DNA of 64,000 nucleotides from the NCBI GenBank assembly GCA_016432325.1, contig CP066684.1, positions 265,018-329,017 of the forward strand, in the 5' to 3' direction. Position 1 is the first letter of the stretch. Every line of letters begins with the position of its first letter. The translations under genes were made by a program, and so were the position numbers. Below, one piece after another: positions 45,505-54,705 of the stretch. Source of the stretch: Candidatus Aenigmatarchaeota archaeon. GTDB taxonomy: Archaea > Aenigmatarchaeota > Aenigmatarchaeia > PWEA01 > JACQIF01. The notes under the pieces were generated by a model. The model saw nothing but the letters and a program-made list of their open reading frames with translations, was not told the DNA's origin and searched no databases.

Positions 45505-47316
45505 ATGCTCCTAGACCGCCCGCCAAAGACGAAGCTCGCGTTAACGGACAACGCGAAGCGCGTGCTCCAGAAGCGCTACCTGAGGAAGGACGTCCGCGGG
45601 CGCGTCGTCGAGACGCCGGCGCAGATGTTATGGCGCGTCGCGCGCAAAATCGCCTCTGTGAACGCGCGTTACGGAGACCGCTCAACAGAACGCGAAGCCA
45701 GGGAATTTTACGGTATCATGGCGCGCCTCGAATTCCTGCCCAACTCGCCGACGCTCATGAACGCGGGCACGCCTTTGCAGCAGCTGTCCGCGTGTTTCGT
45801 ACTGCCTGTCGAAGACTCGCTGGACGGCATCTACGACGCGCTCAAATTGCAGGCGCTGATACAACAGACAGGCGGAGGCACAGGATTCTCGTTCTCGCAT
45901 CTGCGACCCGAGGGGGACGTAGTCAGGGAGACGGGCGGAGTCGCGTCAGGACCCGTGTCATTCGCACGCGTGTTCGACTGCAGCACGGACGCGATAAAGC
46001 AGGGCGGCCGCAGGCGCGGCGCCAACATGGGCATCCTGCGTTACGACCACCCGGACATCGTGAAGTTCGTCGACGCGAAGCTCGCCGAAGGCGCGCTGAA
46101 AAACTTCAACGTCTCGGTGAGCGTCACGGACGACTTCATGCGGCGCGCGGAGCACGGCCAGAGCTTCAAGCTCATCAACCCCCGCACGCGCAAATCGGAA
46201 GGCGTCCTGAACGCGGAAAGGCTGCTCGACAGGATATGCGAGAACGCGTGGAAGAGCGCCGAACCCGGAATGGTATTCGTCGATCGTATCGAGCGTGACA
46301 ATCCTACCCCGAAGATAGGCCGCCTCGAGGCGACCAATCCGTGCGCCGAACAGCCTCTGTTACCATACGAGGCGTGCAATCTGGGCTCCATAAACCTGAC
46401 TAAGTGCGTGCGCGGGTCTCTTGGGCGGGCGCGCATCGATTGGAAGAAGCTTGCGTATCTCGTGGACACGGGGGTGCGCTTCCTTGACAACGTAGTTGAC
46501 GCGTCTGTCTTCCCAGACCGCCGCATAACGGCTGTCGTGCGCGGCAACAGGAAGATAGGCCTCGGCGTCATGGGTTTCGCTGATGCGCTCGTGTTGATGG
46601 GAATGCCTTACGACTCCAAGGAGGCGCTGGAGACCGCAGAACGCATCATGAAGTTCGTAGACGAACATGCGAAGGAAACCTCTATCCGAATAGCCGAAGC
46701 GCGCGGCCCCTTCCCCAACTTCAGCAGGAGCATCTATGCGAAGGGAGATCCGATACGCAACGCGACGCGAACGACGATAGCGCCAACGGGAACGATAAGC
46801 ATGCTCGCGGACTGCTCATCGGGCATCGAACCGCTGTACTCCGTGTACTATACGAAGAACGTACTGGAAGGCGAGCACCTCTCCGAAATCAACCCGTATC
46901 TTGTCCTGCTGGCAAAGAAGCGCGGGTTCTATTCCGTGAAGTTCGTCGGAAGCCTTCGCGGCCGCCACACCATACGCGACATGAAAGGGGTTCCGGAGGA
47001 CGTGCGCCGGCTGTTCGTAACGGCTCACGACGTGACGCCAGAACGGCACGTCCGCATGCAGGCCGCGTTCCAAAAACACACGGACAACGCGGTGTCAAAG
47101 ACGATAAACCTTCCTGCAGACTCGAGCGCCCGGGATGTCAAAAATGCGTACGTTCTTGCGTGGCGATTGGGCTGCAAGGGCATAACGGTTTACCGCGAAG
47201 GCACACGATTGGGCCAGGTCATAACAGCAGGAGGCGTCTGCGAGGAGTGCGGCGGGACGTACGCAACTATTGAAGGTGCCTTTGTCTGCAAGACATGCGG
47301 AGACTCGGGAGAATGA
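45505..47316 (+). CDS. nrdJ: Class II ribonucleotide reductase, second paralogue (603 aa), with a C-terminal Cys4 zinc ribbon
   Basis: ATNPCAEQPLLPYEACNLGSINL; C-terminal CEECGGTYATIEGAFVCKTCG. Confidence 0.8.
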   Translation: MLLDRPPKTKLALTDNAKRVLQKRYLRKDVRGRVVETPAQMLWRVARKIASVNARYGDRSTEREAREFYGIMARLEFLPNSPTLMNAGTPLQQLSACFVLPVEDSLDGIYDALKLQALIQQTGGGTGFSFSHLRPEGDVVRETGGVASGPVSFARVFDCSTDAIKQGGRRRGANMGILRYDHPDIVKFVDAKLAEGALKNFNVSVSVTDDFMRRAEHGQSFKLINPRTRKSEGVLNAERLLDRICENAWKSAEPGMVFVDRIERDNPTPKIGRLEATNPCAEQPLLPYEACNLGSINLTKCVRGSLGRARIDWKKLAYLVDTGVRFLDNVVDASVFPDRRITAVVRGNRKIGLGVMGFADALVLMGMPYDSKEALETAERIMKFVDEHAKETSIRIAEARGPFPNFSRSIYAKGDPIRNATRTTIAPTGTISMLADCSSGIEPLYSVYYTKNVLEGEHLSEINPYLVLLAKKRGFYSVKFVGSLRGRHTIRDMKGVPEDVRRLFVTAHDVTPERHVRMQAAFQKHTDNAVSKTINLPADSSARDVKNAYVLAWRLGCKGITVYREGTRLGQVITAGGVCEECGGTYATIEGAFVCKTCGDSGE

Positions 47317-47849
47317 AGTACTACACGGGCGCAGGCGACAAGGGCAAGACGACCATTACTGGCAAGACCGGAGTGGCCAAGGACTCGCCGCGCGTGGAGG
47401 CCTACGGAAATCTGGACGAGCTTGAAGCGATTCTTGGAATAGCGATATCGCATGCCGATGGGCACAAAGACGTAGTTTCCATTCTCAAGAAGATGCAGAA
47501 CCTGCTGCACGTCGCCTCGGCCGAGCTGGCCGATCCGAAAGGCAAGCGCGGCATGCGCATCGCAAAGGAACATCTGAAGTGGCTCGAAGATGTGTGCGAC
47601 TCCTACGGCGCGAAGACGCGGCCTCTTTCCACGTTCGTACTGCTCGGCGGCTCGCCGGCTGGAGCGCGGCTGCACTTCGCGCGCACGGTCGCACGGCGCG
47701 CTGAGCGTTCGCTCGTCGCGTTGTGGAGGAAGGAACGCGTGTCAAAAGAGATGCTCGCGTTCATCAACCGCCTGTCTTCGGCGCTGTTCGTGCTGGCCCG
47801 TTACGTGAACGAACGCGATGGCTACAAGGAAGAGAGCCCCTCATACTGA
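47313..47849 (+). CDS. ATP:cob(I)alamin adenosyltransferase, PduO type
   Basis: MKYYTGAGDKGKTTITGKTGVAKDSPRVEAYGNLDELEA; its ATG overlaps the nrdJ2 stop (ATGA). Confidence 0.7.
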   Translation: MKYYTGAGDKGKTTITGKTGVAKDSPRVEAYGNLDELEAILGIAISHADGHKDVVSILKKMQNLLHVASAELADPKGKRGMRIAKEHLKWLEDVCDSYGAKTRPLSTFVLLGGSPAGARLHFARTVARRAERSLVALWRKERVSKEMLAFINRLSSALFVLARYVNERDGYKEESPSY

Positions 47850-47891
47850 CTCTTATATACGCGCGCACGCAAGTCGACCCGAGGACACGAC

Positions 47892-48098
47892 ATGCACGTT
47901 TCTGTCGACAGCGGGCTCTGCATAGGATGCGATCTGTGCGCACGCCTCTGTCCACTCACGTTTTCCATGGACGGCAAGAAGGCCGAGGTGCGCGACCCTC
48001 TGGGCCACGCCCGCGAGGACGTTTCAAAGGTTGCGGACAAGTGTCCTACGGGCGCGATACGCGTTTCTCACGCTGAGTGGACGAAGCATCTCCGTTAG
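47892..48098 (+). CDS. Small [4Fe-4S]/[3Fe-4S] ferredoxin
   Basis: CIGCDLCARLCP ... CPTGAI. Confidence 0.6.
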   Translation: MHVSVDSGLCIGCDLCARLCPLTFSMDGKKAEVRDPLGHAREDVSKVADKCPTGAIRVSHAEWTKHLR

Positions 48099-48559
48099 CT
48101 TTTGTACACGTTTGCTCTTGAAGGATTTCTCGTCTTCTCCTTCGCGGTCTGTGCGCCAAAGAGTCTTCCGAAGTCCTGTATGAACTTCGGCGACATATCC
48201 AGCGGCCCCTCCAGTCTTGAGCCGTGTATCATTATCTCGTGGTTTCTGTCGCCTGTCGCGTCGCGGATGATGTAGTCTGTCAGTGGATAAGGGCTGTCAA
48301 GAACCGTCCAACCGTAAGCGGTCGCGAGTTTCTTCAGACCGTCTTCACGCTCCTGCGTCCACGACCTGTCGCTAGGATCGGTTGCCATGTACGCAATAAG
48401 CTGCATCCCCTTGGCTCCTGGCGCGCGTCTGGCTTCTATGCGAAAGTCTCCGTCCGCTCCGACCTTTTTCACCTCGCTCTCTATGACTGGAGCCGACTTG
48501 TTCTCTATTGAAGAAAGCCTGTCGACGAGTTCCTTCGCCTTGCGCACTGTGGCTGCCAT
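48095..48559 (-). CDS. Hypothetical protein (154 aa)
   Basis: ORF only. Confidence 0.3.
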   Translation of the reverse strand: MAATVRKAKELVDRLSSIENKSAPVIESEVKKVGADGDFRIEARRAPGAKGMQLIAYMATDPSDRSWTQEREDGLKKLATAYGWTVLDSPYPLTDYIIRDATGDRNHEIMIHGSRLEGPLDMSPKFIQDFGRLFGAQTAKEKTRNPSRANVYKS

Positions 48560-48622
48560 GGAACGTCCTCCTGCTCGTATCTGATATTCGCAGTGATATA
48601 AGTCTTGCTCAGACGCCGAACC

Positions 48623-49282
48623 TTAAATACGTTTCGAATAACCCTCCTTGTAGTACTTGCATATCTTGCTTAGTGGACATATGGAACACTTGGGGCCCAC
48701 GGGTCTGCATAAATCGCGGCCGAACTTGATGAGATCTGTATTGATTAAATGCCATTTAGATTTGGGAATGTTGTTTTCCAAGACGCGCTTCACGTCCTCG
48801 ACGCTCGCCTCTTCGTCAATCAGCCCGATCCTCTTGGGCACGCGATTGCAGTGCGTATCGATTGCTATCGATGGTATTCCGTGGCCGTACATCAGAACAA
48901 TGTCCGCGCACTTGGGGCCGATGCCGTAAAGAGTCATGAGTTCATGGCGCGTACGCGGCACGCGCCCGCCGAACTCTTCCATAATCTGCCTGCAAGTCTC
49001 GTGAATCTTCTTCGCCTTTTGCTTGTACGGGCCCGAGACGCGGATAAGCCGTTCGAGTCGTGCGCGCGGCAGCGCCAGAATCTCCTGTGGCGTCGACGCA
49101 ACGGCGACAAGGGCCGAAAAGGCTCTCTCGGTCTGCTCGTCGCGGGTGCGCTGGGACAGGATGCATGAGATGATTACGGAGAACGGGTCCTCTTTATTGG
49201 CGGCTAGGTTCTGGACGTCCCCGTAGCGGCGGACGAGAAAGTCTACCATAATATCGGTTTTCTCTCGAACTGACAGCCCCAT
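48623..49282 (-). CDS. nth: Endonuclease III (Nth), HhH-GPD with a [4Fe-4S] loop
   Basis: HhH-GPD region; CRPVGPKCSICPLSKIC (C-x6-C-x2-C-x5-C). Confidence 0.8.
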   Translation of the reverse strand: MGLSVREKTDIMVDFLVRRYGDVQNLAANKEDPFSVIISCILSQRTRDEQTERAFSALVAVASTPQEILALPRARLERLIRVSGPYKQKAKKIHETCRQIMEEFGGRVPRTRHELMTLYGIGPKCADIVLMYGHGIPSIAIDTHCNRVPKRIGLIDEEASVEDVKRVLENNIPKSKWHLINTDLIKFGRDLCRPVGPKCSICPLSKICKYYKEGYSKRI

Positions 49283-49465
49283 GGGCCACTTTTAGCCCTT
49301 TTAATATATTACGACGACCATTCACGGCAACGGGCTTGTAACTCAGCTTGGTAGTCTCCCAAAGCGAAAGGGAGGCCATCAGTATCGGGCTTTTAACGGC
49401 GTTAAAAGCGCTGAGGTCTCGAAGACCGATGAATGGAGGAAACCCGAGAGTCGTGGGTTCGAAAC

Positions 49466-49489
49466 TTTTTGCGCACGTCCGCGCAAAAA
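49466..49489. repeat. Palindrome TTTTTGCGC-N6-GCGCAAAAA (copy 3 of 4)
   Basis: In the 360-bp nth/thiI divergent intergenic region. Confidence 0.5.
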
Positions 49490-49543
49490 CTTTCATGAAA
49501 AGTACGCTGCCGCCGGTGCGCGTGCGCGGATTTTTCAGGCGGG

Positions 49544-49579
49544 TTTTTGCGCGTCGAGCGGATGTGATTGGCGCAAAAA
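49544..49579. repeat. Palindrome TTTTTGCGC-N18-GCGCAAAAA (copy 4 of 4)
   Basis: Same intergenic region, 55 bp downstream of copy 3. Confidence 0.5.
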
Positions 49580-49676
49580 GCTGCAATCCCACCAGGCCCG
49601 CCATAAATTTCAAAGGTCGGGCCGTTGGAAAGCGAAGCTTTCCTTGAGGCCCGCCATTACGTTCACGGTGCGAAGA

Positions 49677-50936
49677 ATGGCCAAGAAAACAACGAAGAGA
49701 GCGCAGAAAAAAGTTGCGGCAAAGAAGGCCGATGCAACGAAGCGTGAGCAGGCCGCAGCGCCGAAGACCAAAATCCGCTATGACCGCATCCTCGTCCGTT
49801 ACGGGGAGATGGCCCTCAAGAGCGACGTTGTGCGACGCCGCATGGAAGACCGCCTTCTCGGGAACATTCGAAGCGGTCTGGACAAGATGCAGATAAAGTA
49901 CGTCCTGCACAAGGAGATGGGCCGCATCTTCGTCGAGACCAGACAGATTGAAGAAACGGTCGGCGTACTCACACACATCTTCGGACTCGTCAGCGTATCG
50001 CCGGTGCAGACGCGCGTCATAGGCTCGTCTCTCGAGAAGATAGCCGAAACGGCCGAGAGGATAGGGCGCACGTTCATCACGTCGAAAGATACGTTCGCGT
50101 TGCGCGCACGGCGGACGGGCAACGAGAACTTCACTTCAAAGATGATAGAACGCGAGGCCGGAGGCCGCGTGCAGGACGCCACGCAGGCGCGCGTGGACCT
50201 AGACAACCCGGACAAGACTCTGTACGTCGAGGTTCGCCAGAACAAGGCATATTTCTACATCGAAGAACACGCCTGTCCGGGCGGCCTTCCTTTGGGAACA
50301 CAGGGGCGCGTTGTCATTCTCTTTTCGGGTTCTGTCGATGCCGCGGCGGCCGCGTGGCTGATGATGAAACGGGGCTGTACCGTAGTTCCGATATACTTCG
50401 AGTCCTCCCCTTACACGGACGCGTCCACAGACGAACGCGCGGCGCGCGTCTTCGAAACGCTTCGGGAATGGTCGCATGGCAACAAGATGTCATTGAGACG
50501 CGTACCGCACGGCAAGGCGCTGTTCATGTTCACGGAAGAATGCCGCGACGAACATCTTGACGTGCTCTCGAAGAGACAGATGCTTCGCGTGGCGAATCTT
50601 ATCGCCAAGCAGGAAGGCGCGCGTGCTGTCGTGACGGGCGACAACCTCAACCAGAACGCCTCGCAGACTCTCGAGAACATGGCCGTCGTCGACCGCGCGT
50701 CAGAACTGCCCGTGTTCAGGCCCGTCCTCACGTGGGACAAGGAGGAGATACTGAAGCTGGCGCAGAGAATCGGAGCGTTCGAGGCGGCGACAAAGGAAGT
50801 GAAGCCCGCCCCGCGCTCGCGCAGGTCGTTCCCCGCTGTGCGTCTGGAGGACATCGAACGCGAAGAGCAGAAGGTGGACGTAAAGAAACTGGCCGAGGAG
50901 GCCGCCGAACCCGTCAGCTCCAAAACTTCTTCGTGA
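49677..50936 (+). CDS. thiI: tRNA sulfurtransferase ThiI-like (THUMP + PP-loop), with a Lys-rich N-terminal extension
   Basis: ILVRYGEMALKS THUMP start; PP-loop region VVILFSGSVDAAAAAWLMMKRG (SGGxDS replaced by SGSVDA); TGDNLNQNASQTLENM; start taken at the first ATG. Confidence 0.6.
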   Translation: MAKKTTKRAQKKVAAKKADATKREQAAAPKTKIRYDRILVRYGEMALKSDVVRRRMEDRLLGNIRSGLDKMQIKYVLHKEMGRIFVETRQIEETVGVLTHIFGLVSVSPVQTRVIGSSLEKIAETAERIGRTFITSKDTFALRARRTGNENFTSKMIEREAGGRVQDATQARVDLDNPDKTLYVEVRQNKAYFYIEEHACPGGLPLGTQGRVVILFSGSVDAAAAAWLMMKRGCTVVPIYFESSPYTDASTDERAARVFETLREWSHGNKMSLRRVPHGKALFMFTEECRDEHLDVLSKRQMLRVANLIAKQEGARAVVTGDNLNQNASQTLENMAVVDRASELPVFRPVLTWDKEEILKLAQRIGAFEAATKEVKPAPRSRRSFPAVRLEDIEREEQKVDVKKLAEEAAEPVSSKTSS

Positions 50937-53769
50937 TCGCGAACTGGCGCTCGGCGTCGAGCACGTCGCGCAGCATGCCGTTTTCATCCGCCCGCTGCTT
51001 TGCAAGCACGCGTATCGTTGTGTCAGGACCGACGCCGCGGCCGGCCAGGCACACGACAGCGCGCCGACCGTAAGTCAGAACAAGGTCGGCGGTGTCCTGC
51101 AGCTTCGACAAGCGCAACGCGTCTTCCGCAGAGAGCTTCTTGCCTTCGGCGCTCTTCTTTATCAGAATCTCGGATTCCCGCGCGAACGGTTTTATCACGG
51201 CGAGCATACGGGACGCGCACTTCGGGCATTCCGGGTCCTCGCGCACGTCGCGCACGAGCTTGTTCGTCGCAAAGTCTCCGCACTTCATGCACACGAGACG
51301 CACCTGCGTTCCGAGCAGGCGCTCGCGGAACACCTCGAATATCTCCTTGTCCGGCCTTTTCGGACCGACGAGCTCGCGGAACTGGTATTCTATGCCGCGG
51401 CGGCCTATGGGCGAGATTGCGTTCGCAGTGACGAGTTTGACTTCGCCTGCCTTTACCTCCGTGAACATCTCCTTGGTCTTCTGCACATCAAGTTTCTCGA
51501 AGAGAACCTCGTTCTTCGCCTCTTCGGAGACCGGCGTGTCTGCGAATGCGTCGACCATTTTCTTCAGGTTCAGTTTGTCCCATTTCGCGCGCCTCGTAAC
51601 GGCGCCGAAGCGCTTTGCGACGTGCACGAGCCTCCAGCGGAACATCTGCGTGAGCCCGAGCGTCTTCAGTATGACGTCATGCAATTCGTCCGCGGAGTTC
51701 TCCTTTATCAGCGCCTCTATCGCGCCCTTGTCAACGCCTTGGAATATTATTCTGTACGGATCGTTTTTTATGGCAATCGAATGACCGAACTGAGAGGAGA
51801 GCAGAACCGCGAAGAAGCGCGCGAGTGTGGCGTTCACCATCGCGCCGAAACAGGCGTGCATCACTACGAAATCCTTGTCGTTTTGAAACCCATCGGGTTT
51901 CAAATACTTCGAAGCATCGCTTCGAAGACCCTCCAGTACAACCGTCCGATCGTCAGGCACAACAGCGCCGGCTTTGAGCTGTTCTCCTATGTAAGAAACG
52001 AGCTTGGATGCCGCGCCCTCCGACAGAGGGTATCGATGTCTTATGCGTTCTATGACGTCGCCTTCTTTCTCGCCGCTCTTCATCGCCTCGGCTATCATGC
52101 GCCTCAGCGCGCCAACCTCCTGCGCAATCTCGAACGGAACGGGTATCAGTTCGCCTTCCCACGCAGGAACCGCGGACGTCATGTCGTCCACTGGTTCTAC
52201 CAGGACGCGGCCCTCGTATACGGAAAGGATGCGCCACGGAGTGCCTTTCACGATGAACGTCGTGCCCGTGTTTCCGTGCTCGGCGACGAATGTCTCGTCG
52301 AGAACGCCCACGTGCGACTGGTCGAGGTTGTTGACTACGTGGTACTGGTAGATGTCCGGAATCGTGGAAAGGTTTGAGTAGTAGTACTCCCATGCTTTCT
52401 TGCGGCGCCTGAGCACCGCGGCGTCTCTCCAAACCATGTTCAGGTCCGCGACGTAAGCGAGCACGGCGTCGAACGTCTCGCGGTCAAGGTTGCGATATGG
52501 ATACGCGTTCCTGAACAGCGCGTACATCTCGTCGGGGTTCTGGTCATAGCTCTCGAGCGCCATCCCGACAATCTGATTGGCCATCACGTCCAGAGGCATC
52601 GGATATATCTCCGTTGGTTCCAGCTCGCCTGCCAGAGCGCGCCGCGCGATGACCGCGCTTTCCAGTATGTCGTCCGCGTCGCCGGCGACTATGACTCCCT
52701 TGCTCTTCTCTCCTATCCGGTGGCCAGAGCGGCCGACGCGCTGGACGAGCTTCGAGACCTGCCGCGGGGAAGTGTGCTGGACCACGAGGTCTATGGAACC
52801 GACGTCTATGCCCAACTCAAGCGACGAAGTGCATATCAAAGCCTTCACGCTCTCGGCTTTCAGCGAGTCTTCGGCCTTGATGCGCACTTCCTTGCTCAGG
52901 CTCGAGTGGTGTATGTCGTGCGTCCACGTCTTGTCCATCTTCGTCAAACGCGAAGAGAGGACTTCCGCAGACTCGCGCGTATTGGTGAATACAAGCGTAG
53001 ACTTGTGCTTCGTAATCAGGTCTTTTATCGCGTGCAAACGCGCGGCCACGTCCGCCCCTATGTAGAGCTTCTCAGCGACCGCCTTGTCTTCCGGAGACGG
53101 CGTCGGGGATATCACCTCTATCCCGAAGTATTTCGACGCCGCGGCATTCACGATGCGCGCGGTGGGCGCGATGAACTCGGCTACGCGTTCAGGCGAGCCG
53201 ACTGTTGCCGACAGGCCCACGGTCTGGAACTTTCCCGCAAGCTTGCGCAGCCGCGCGAGCCCGACGCTCAGCTGCGTGCCGCGCTTGCTCTCCACAAGCT
53301 CGTGTATCTCGTCCACGACCACCCATTTCAGGTTTTTGAGAGCCTCGCGCAGCTTCGGGGCCGTGAGCATCGCCTGGAGCGTTTCCGGAGTCGTGATAAA
53401 CATGTGCGCGGGGAAAGCGGACTGTTTCGAGCGTTCGTACTGCGTGGTATCGCCGTGGCGGACAGTGAGGTCCAACTCAAGGCGTTCGGCCCACCATTTC
53501 AGACGCTTGAAAAGGTCGCGGTTGAGGGCGCGGAGAGGCGTTATGTAAAGTATCGAAATTGGTGCCGGGCGCGTCGACGCCCACATGGAGAAGATGGGCA
53601 ACATCGCTGATTCGGTTTTGCCGATGCCTGTAGGCGCAAGCACGAGAACGTCCTCGCCTTTGAGGATTACAGGCGCGGCCAGCTTCTGGACCGGAGTAGG
53701 GTCTGTCCAGCCACGTTCGCGTATCGCCGCCTGAAGTTTCTTGTCGAGTTCTTCGAACACCCTAATCAC
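50914..53769 (-). CDS. lhr: Lhr-like large ATP-dependent helicase (superfamily 2)
   Basis: APTGIGKTESA; DEIHELV; SAT. The start is probably the GTG at 53769 or 53760 (VIRVFEELD...PTPVQ), not the upstream ATG at 53835. Confidence 0.7.
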   Translation of the reverse strand: MIRVFEELDKKLQAAIRERGWTDPTPVQKLAAPVILKGEDVLVLAPTGIGKTESAMLPIFSMWASTRPAPISILYITPLRALNRDLFKRLKWWAERLELDLTVRHGDTTQYERSKQSAFPAHMFITTPETLQAMLTAPKLREALKNLKWVVVDEIHELVESKRGTQLSVGLARLRKLAGKFQTVGLSATVGSPERVAEFIAPTARIVNAAASKYFGIEVISPTPSPEDKAVAEKLYIGADVAARLHAIKDLITKHKSTLVFTNTRESAEVLSSRLTKMDKTWTHDIHHSSLSKEVRIKAEDSLKAESVKALICTSSLELGIDVGSIDLVVQHTSPRQVSKLVQRVGRSGHRIGEKSKGVIVAGDADDILESAVIARRALAGELEPTEIYPMPLDVMANQIVGMALESYDQNPDEMYALFRNAYPYRNLDRETFDAVLAYVADLNMVWRDAAVLRRRKKAWEYYYSNLSTIPDIYQYHVVNNLDQSHVGVLDETFVAEHGNTGTTFIVKGTPWRILSVYEGRVLVEPVDDMTSAVPAWEGELIPVPFEIAQEVGALRRMIAEAMKSGEKEGDVIERIRHRYPLSEGAASKLVSYIGEQLKAGAVVPDDRTVVLEGLRSDASKYLKPDGFQNDKDFVVMHACFGAMVNATLARFFAVLLSSQFGHSIAIKNDPYRIIFQGVDKGAIEALIKENSADELHDVILKTLGLTQMFRWRLVHVAKRFGAVTRRAKWDKLNLKKMVDAFADTPVSEEAKNEVLFEKLDVQKTKEMFTEVKAGEVKLVTANAISPIGRRGIEYQFRELVGPKRPDKEIFEVFRERLLGTQVRLVCMKCGDFATNKLVRDVREDPECPKCASRMLAVIKPFARESEILIKKSAEGKKLSAEDALRLSKLQDTADLVLTYGRRAVVCLAGRGVGPDTTIRVLAKQRADENGMLRDVLDAERQFAITKKFWS

Positions 53770-53775
53770 CTGAAA

Positions 53776-53792
53776 ATATAACAGTGTTATAT
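53776..53792. repeat. 17-bp perfect palindrome ATATAACAGTGTTATAT (copy 4 of 4)
   Basis: Immediately upstream (7-16 nt) of the probable lhr start, in the chromosome outside the element. Confidence 0.6.
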
Positions 53793-53895
53793 TATACGGC
53801 CTGCGCTTGGTCCCAAACGGATAGTACACTAACACGGAGATAAATAGTTAGAGCAAGCGACATGCGAGGTAATTTTAAATTGGATGGAATAACAG

Positions 53896-54651
53896 TCAGA
53901 ACATGTAGGACTCGACTGTCGCCATGTCCTCCTTATCAAGTTTCAGCGTCATCTCGAGATGGGGGGCTTTTTCTAGCCAGAGATGGCGTGGAGGGAAAAC
54001 AGTATTGTAAAAAACGAACCCGCCAAGCAGAGATCTCTTAACTGCCGTTCCATACGCGTTTATCACTTTCGGCCTTAACGAGCGTTTGGCTGCATGAAAG
54101 TCTTCCCGACAGTTGCCGTGGTGGTCGTCCAAGAAGAGACTCTGCGGCGGATTGCCGTAAGAAATATACCGCCTGGCTTCCTTGGATTTAGGAATGATAA
54201 TTTTCGCTCTCTTCAGTTTCACCTCATCGAAGAACTGGGTATAAACTTCCAGAATCCTGCTGTGCTCTTCCTCATTGAACACGGATGCGCACTCGATCGG
54301 AATGTCTGAATAAACAAGACCGTCCGGCCTCTTTATGGAGAAACCGTCTCCCGGAGTCCTCTTGACATACTCGGCGTGACGAACCTCTGTCCAGACTCCG
54401 TTGTCGCACGCTTCCAGCGCCAAGGCAAGCGTGTCTATGGGTATCACCCATGGAAATGAACACGCCTTGAACTGATCGGATTTGTGCCTCCCATAGTTCA
54501 GAGCTGGGAAGGTAGGAAGGGTGGGGACTGTAGGAACCCCGCTGTCTTCAACGGGTAGTCGCAACCATCCCTGATCCCTCAGCTTAATAGAAACGGAGGG
54601 TTCTTCCGGGCTTGGCGGGAAGAAGACTCCAGAATCCGAATGTTCTCGCAT
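53896..54651 (-). CDS. Hypothetical protein (251 aa)
   Basis: ORF only. Confidence 0.3.
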   Translation of the reverse strand: MREHSDSGVFFPPSPEEPSVSIKLRDQGWLRLPVEDSGVPTVPTLPTFPALNYGRHKSDQFKACSFPWVIPIDTLALALEACDNGVWTEVRHAEYVKRTPGDGFSIKRPDGLVYSDIPIECASVFNEEEHSRILEVYTQFFDEVKLKRAKIIIPKSKEARRYISYGNPPQSLFLDDHHGNCREDFHAAKRSLRPKVINAYGTAVKRSLLGGFVFYNTVFPPRHLWLEKAPHLEMTLKLDKEDMATVESYMF

Positions 54652-54705
54652 AATGGTTTAACGCAGTTAAAAGATATAAACGGCGCGTCGTTTTCAATAT
54701 GGAGA

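Noticed and set aside
49332-49465. Canonical tRNA gene
   Set aside because: A 5' acceptor/D-arm-like segment and a T-arm-like segment are present. However, no complementary 3' acceptor strand, regular anticodon stem or CCA-proximal sequence could be assembled by eye. It is kept only as a structured-region finding.
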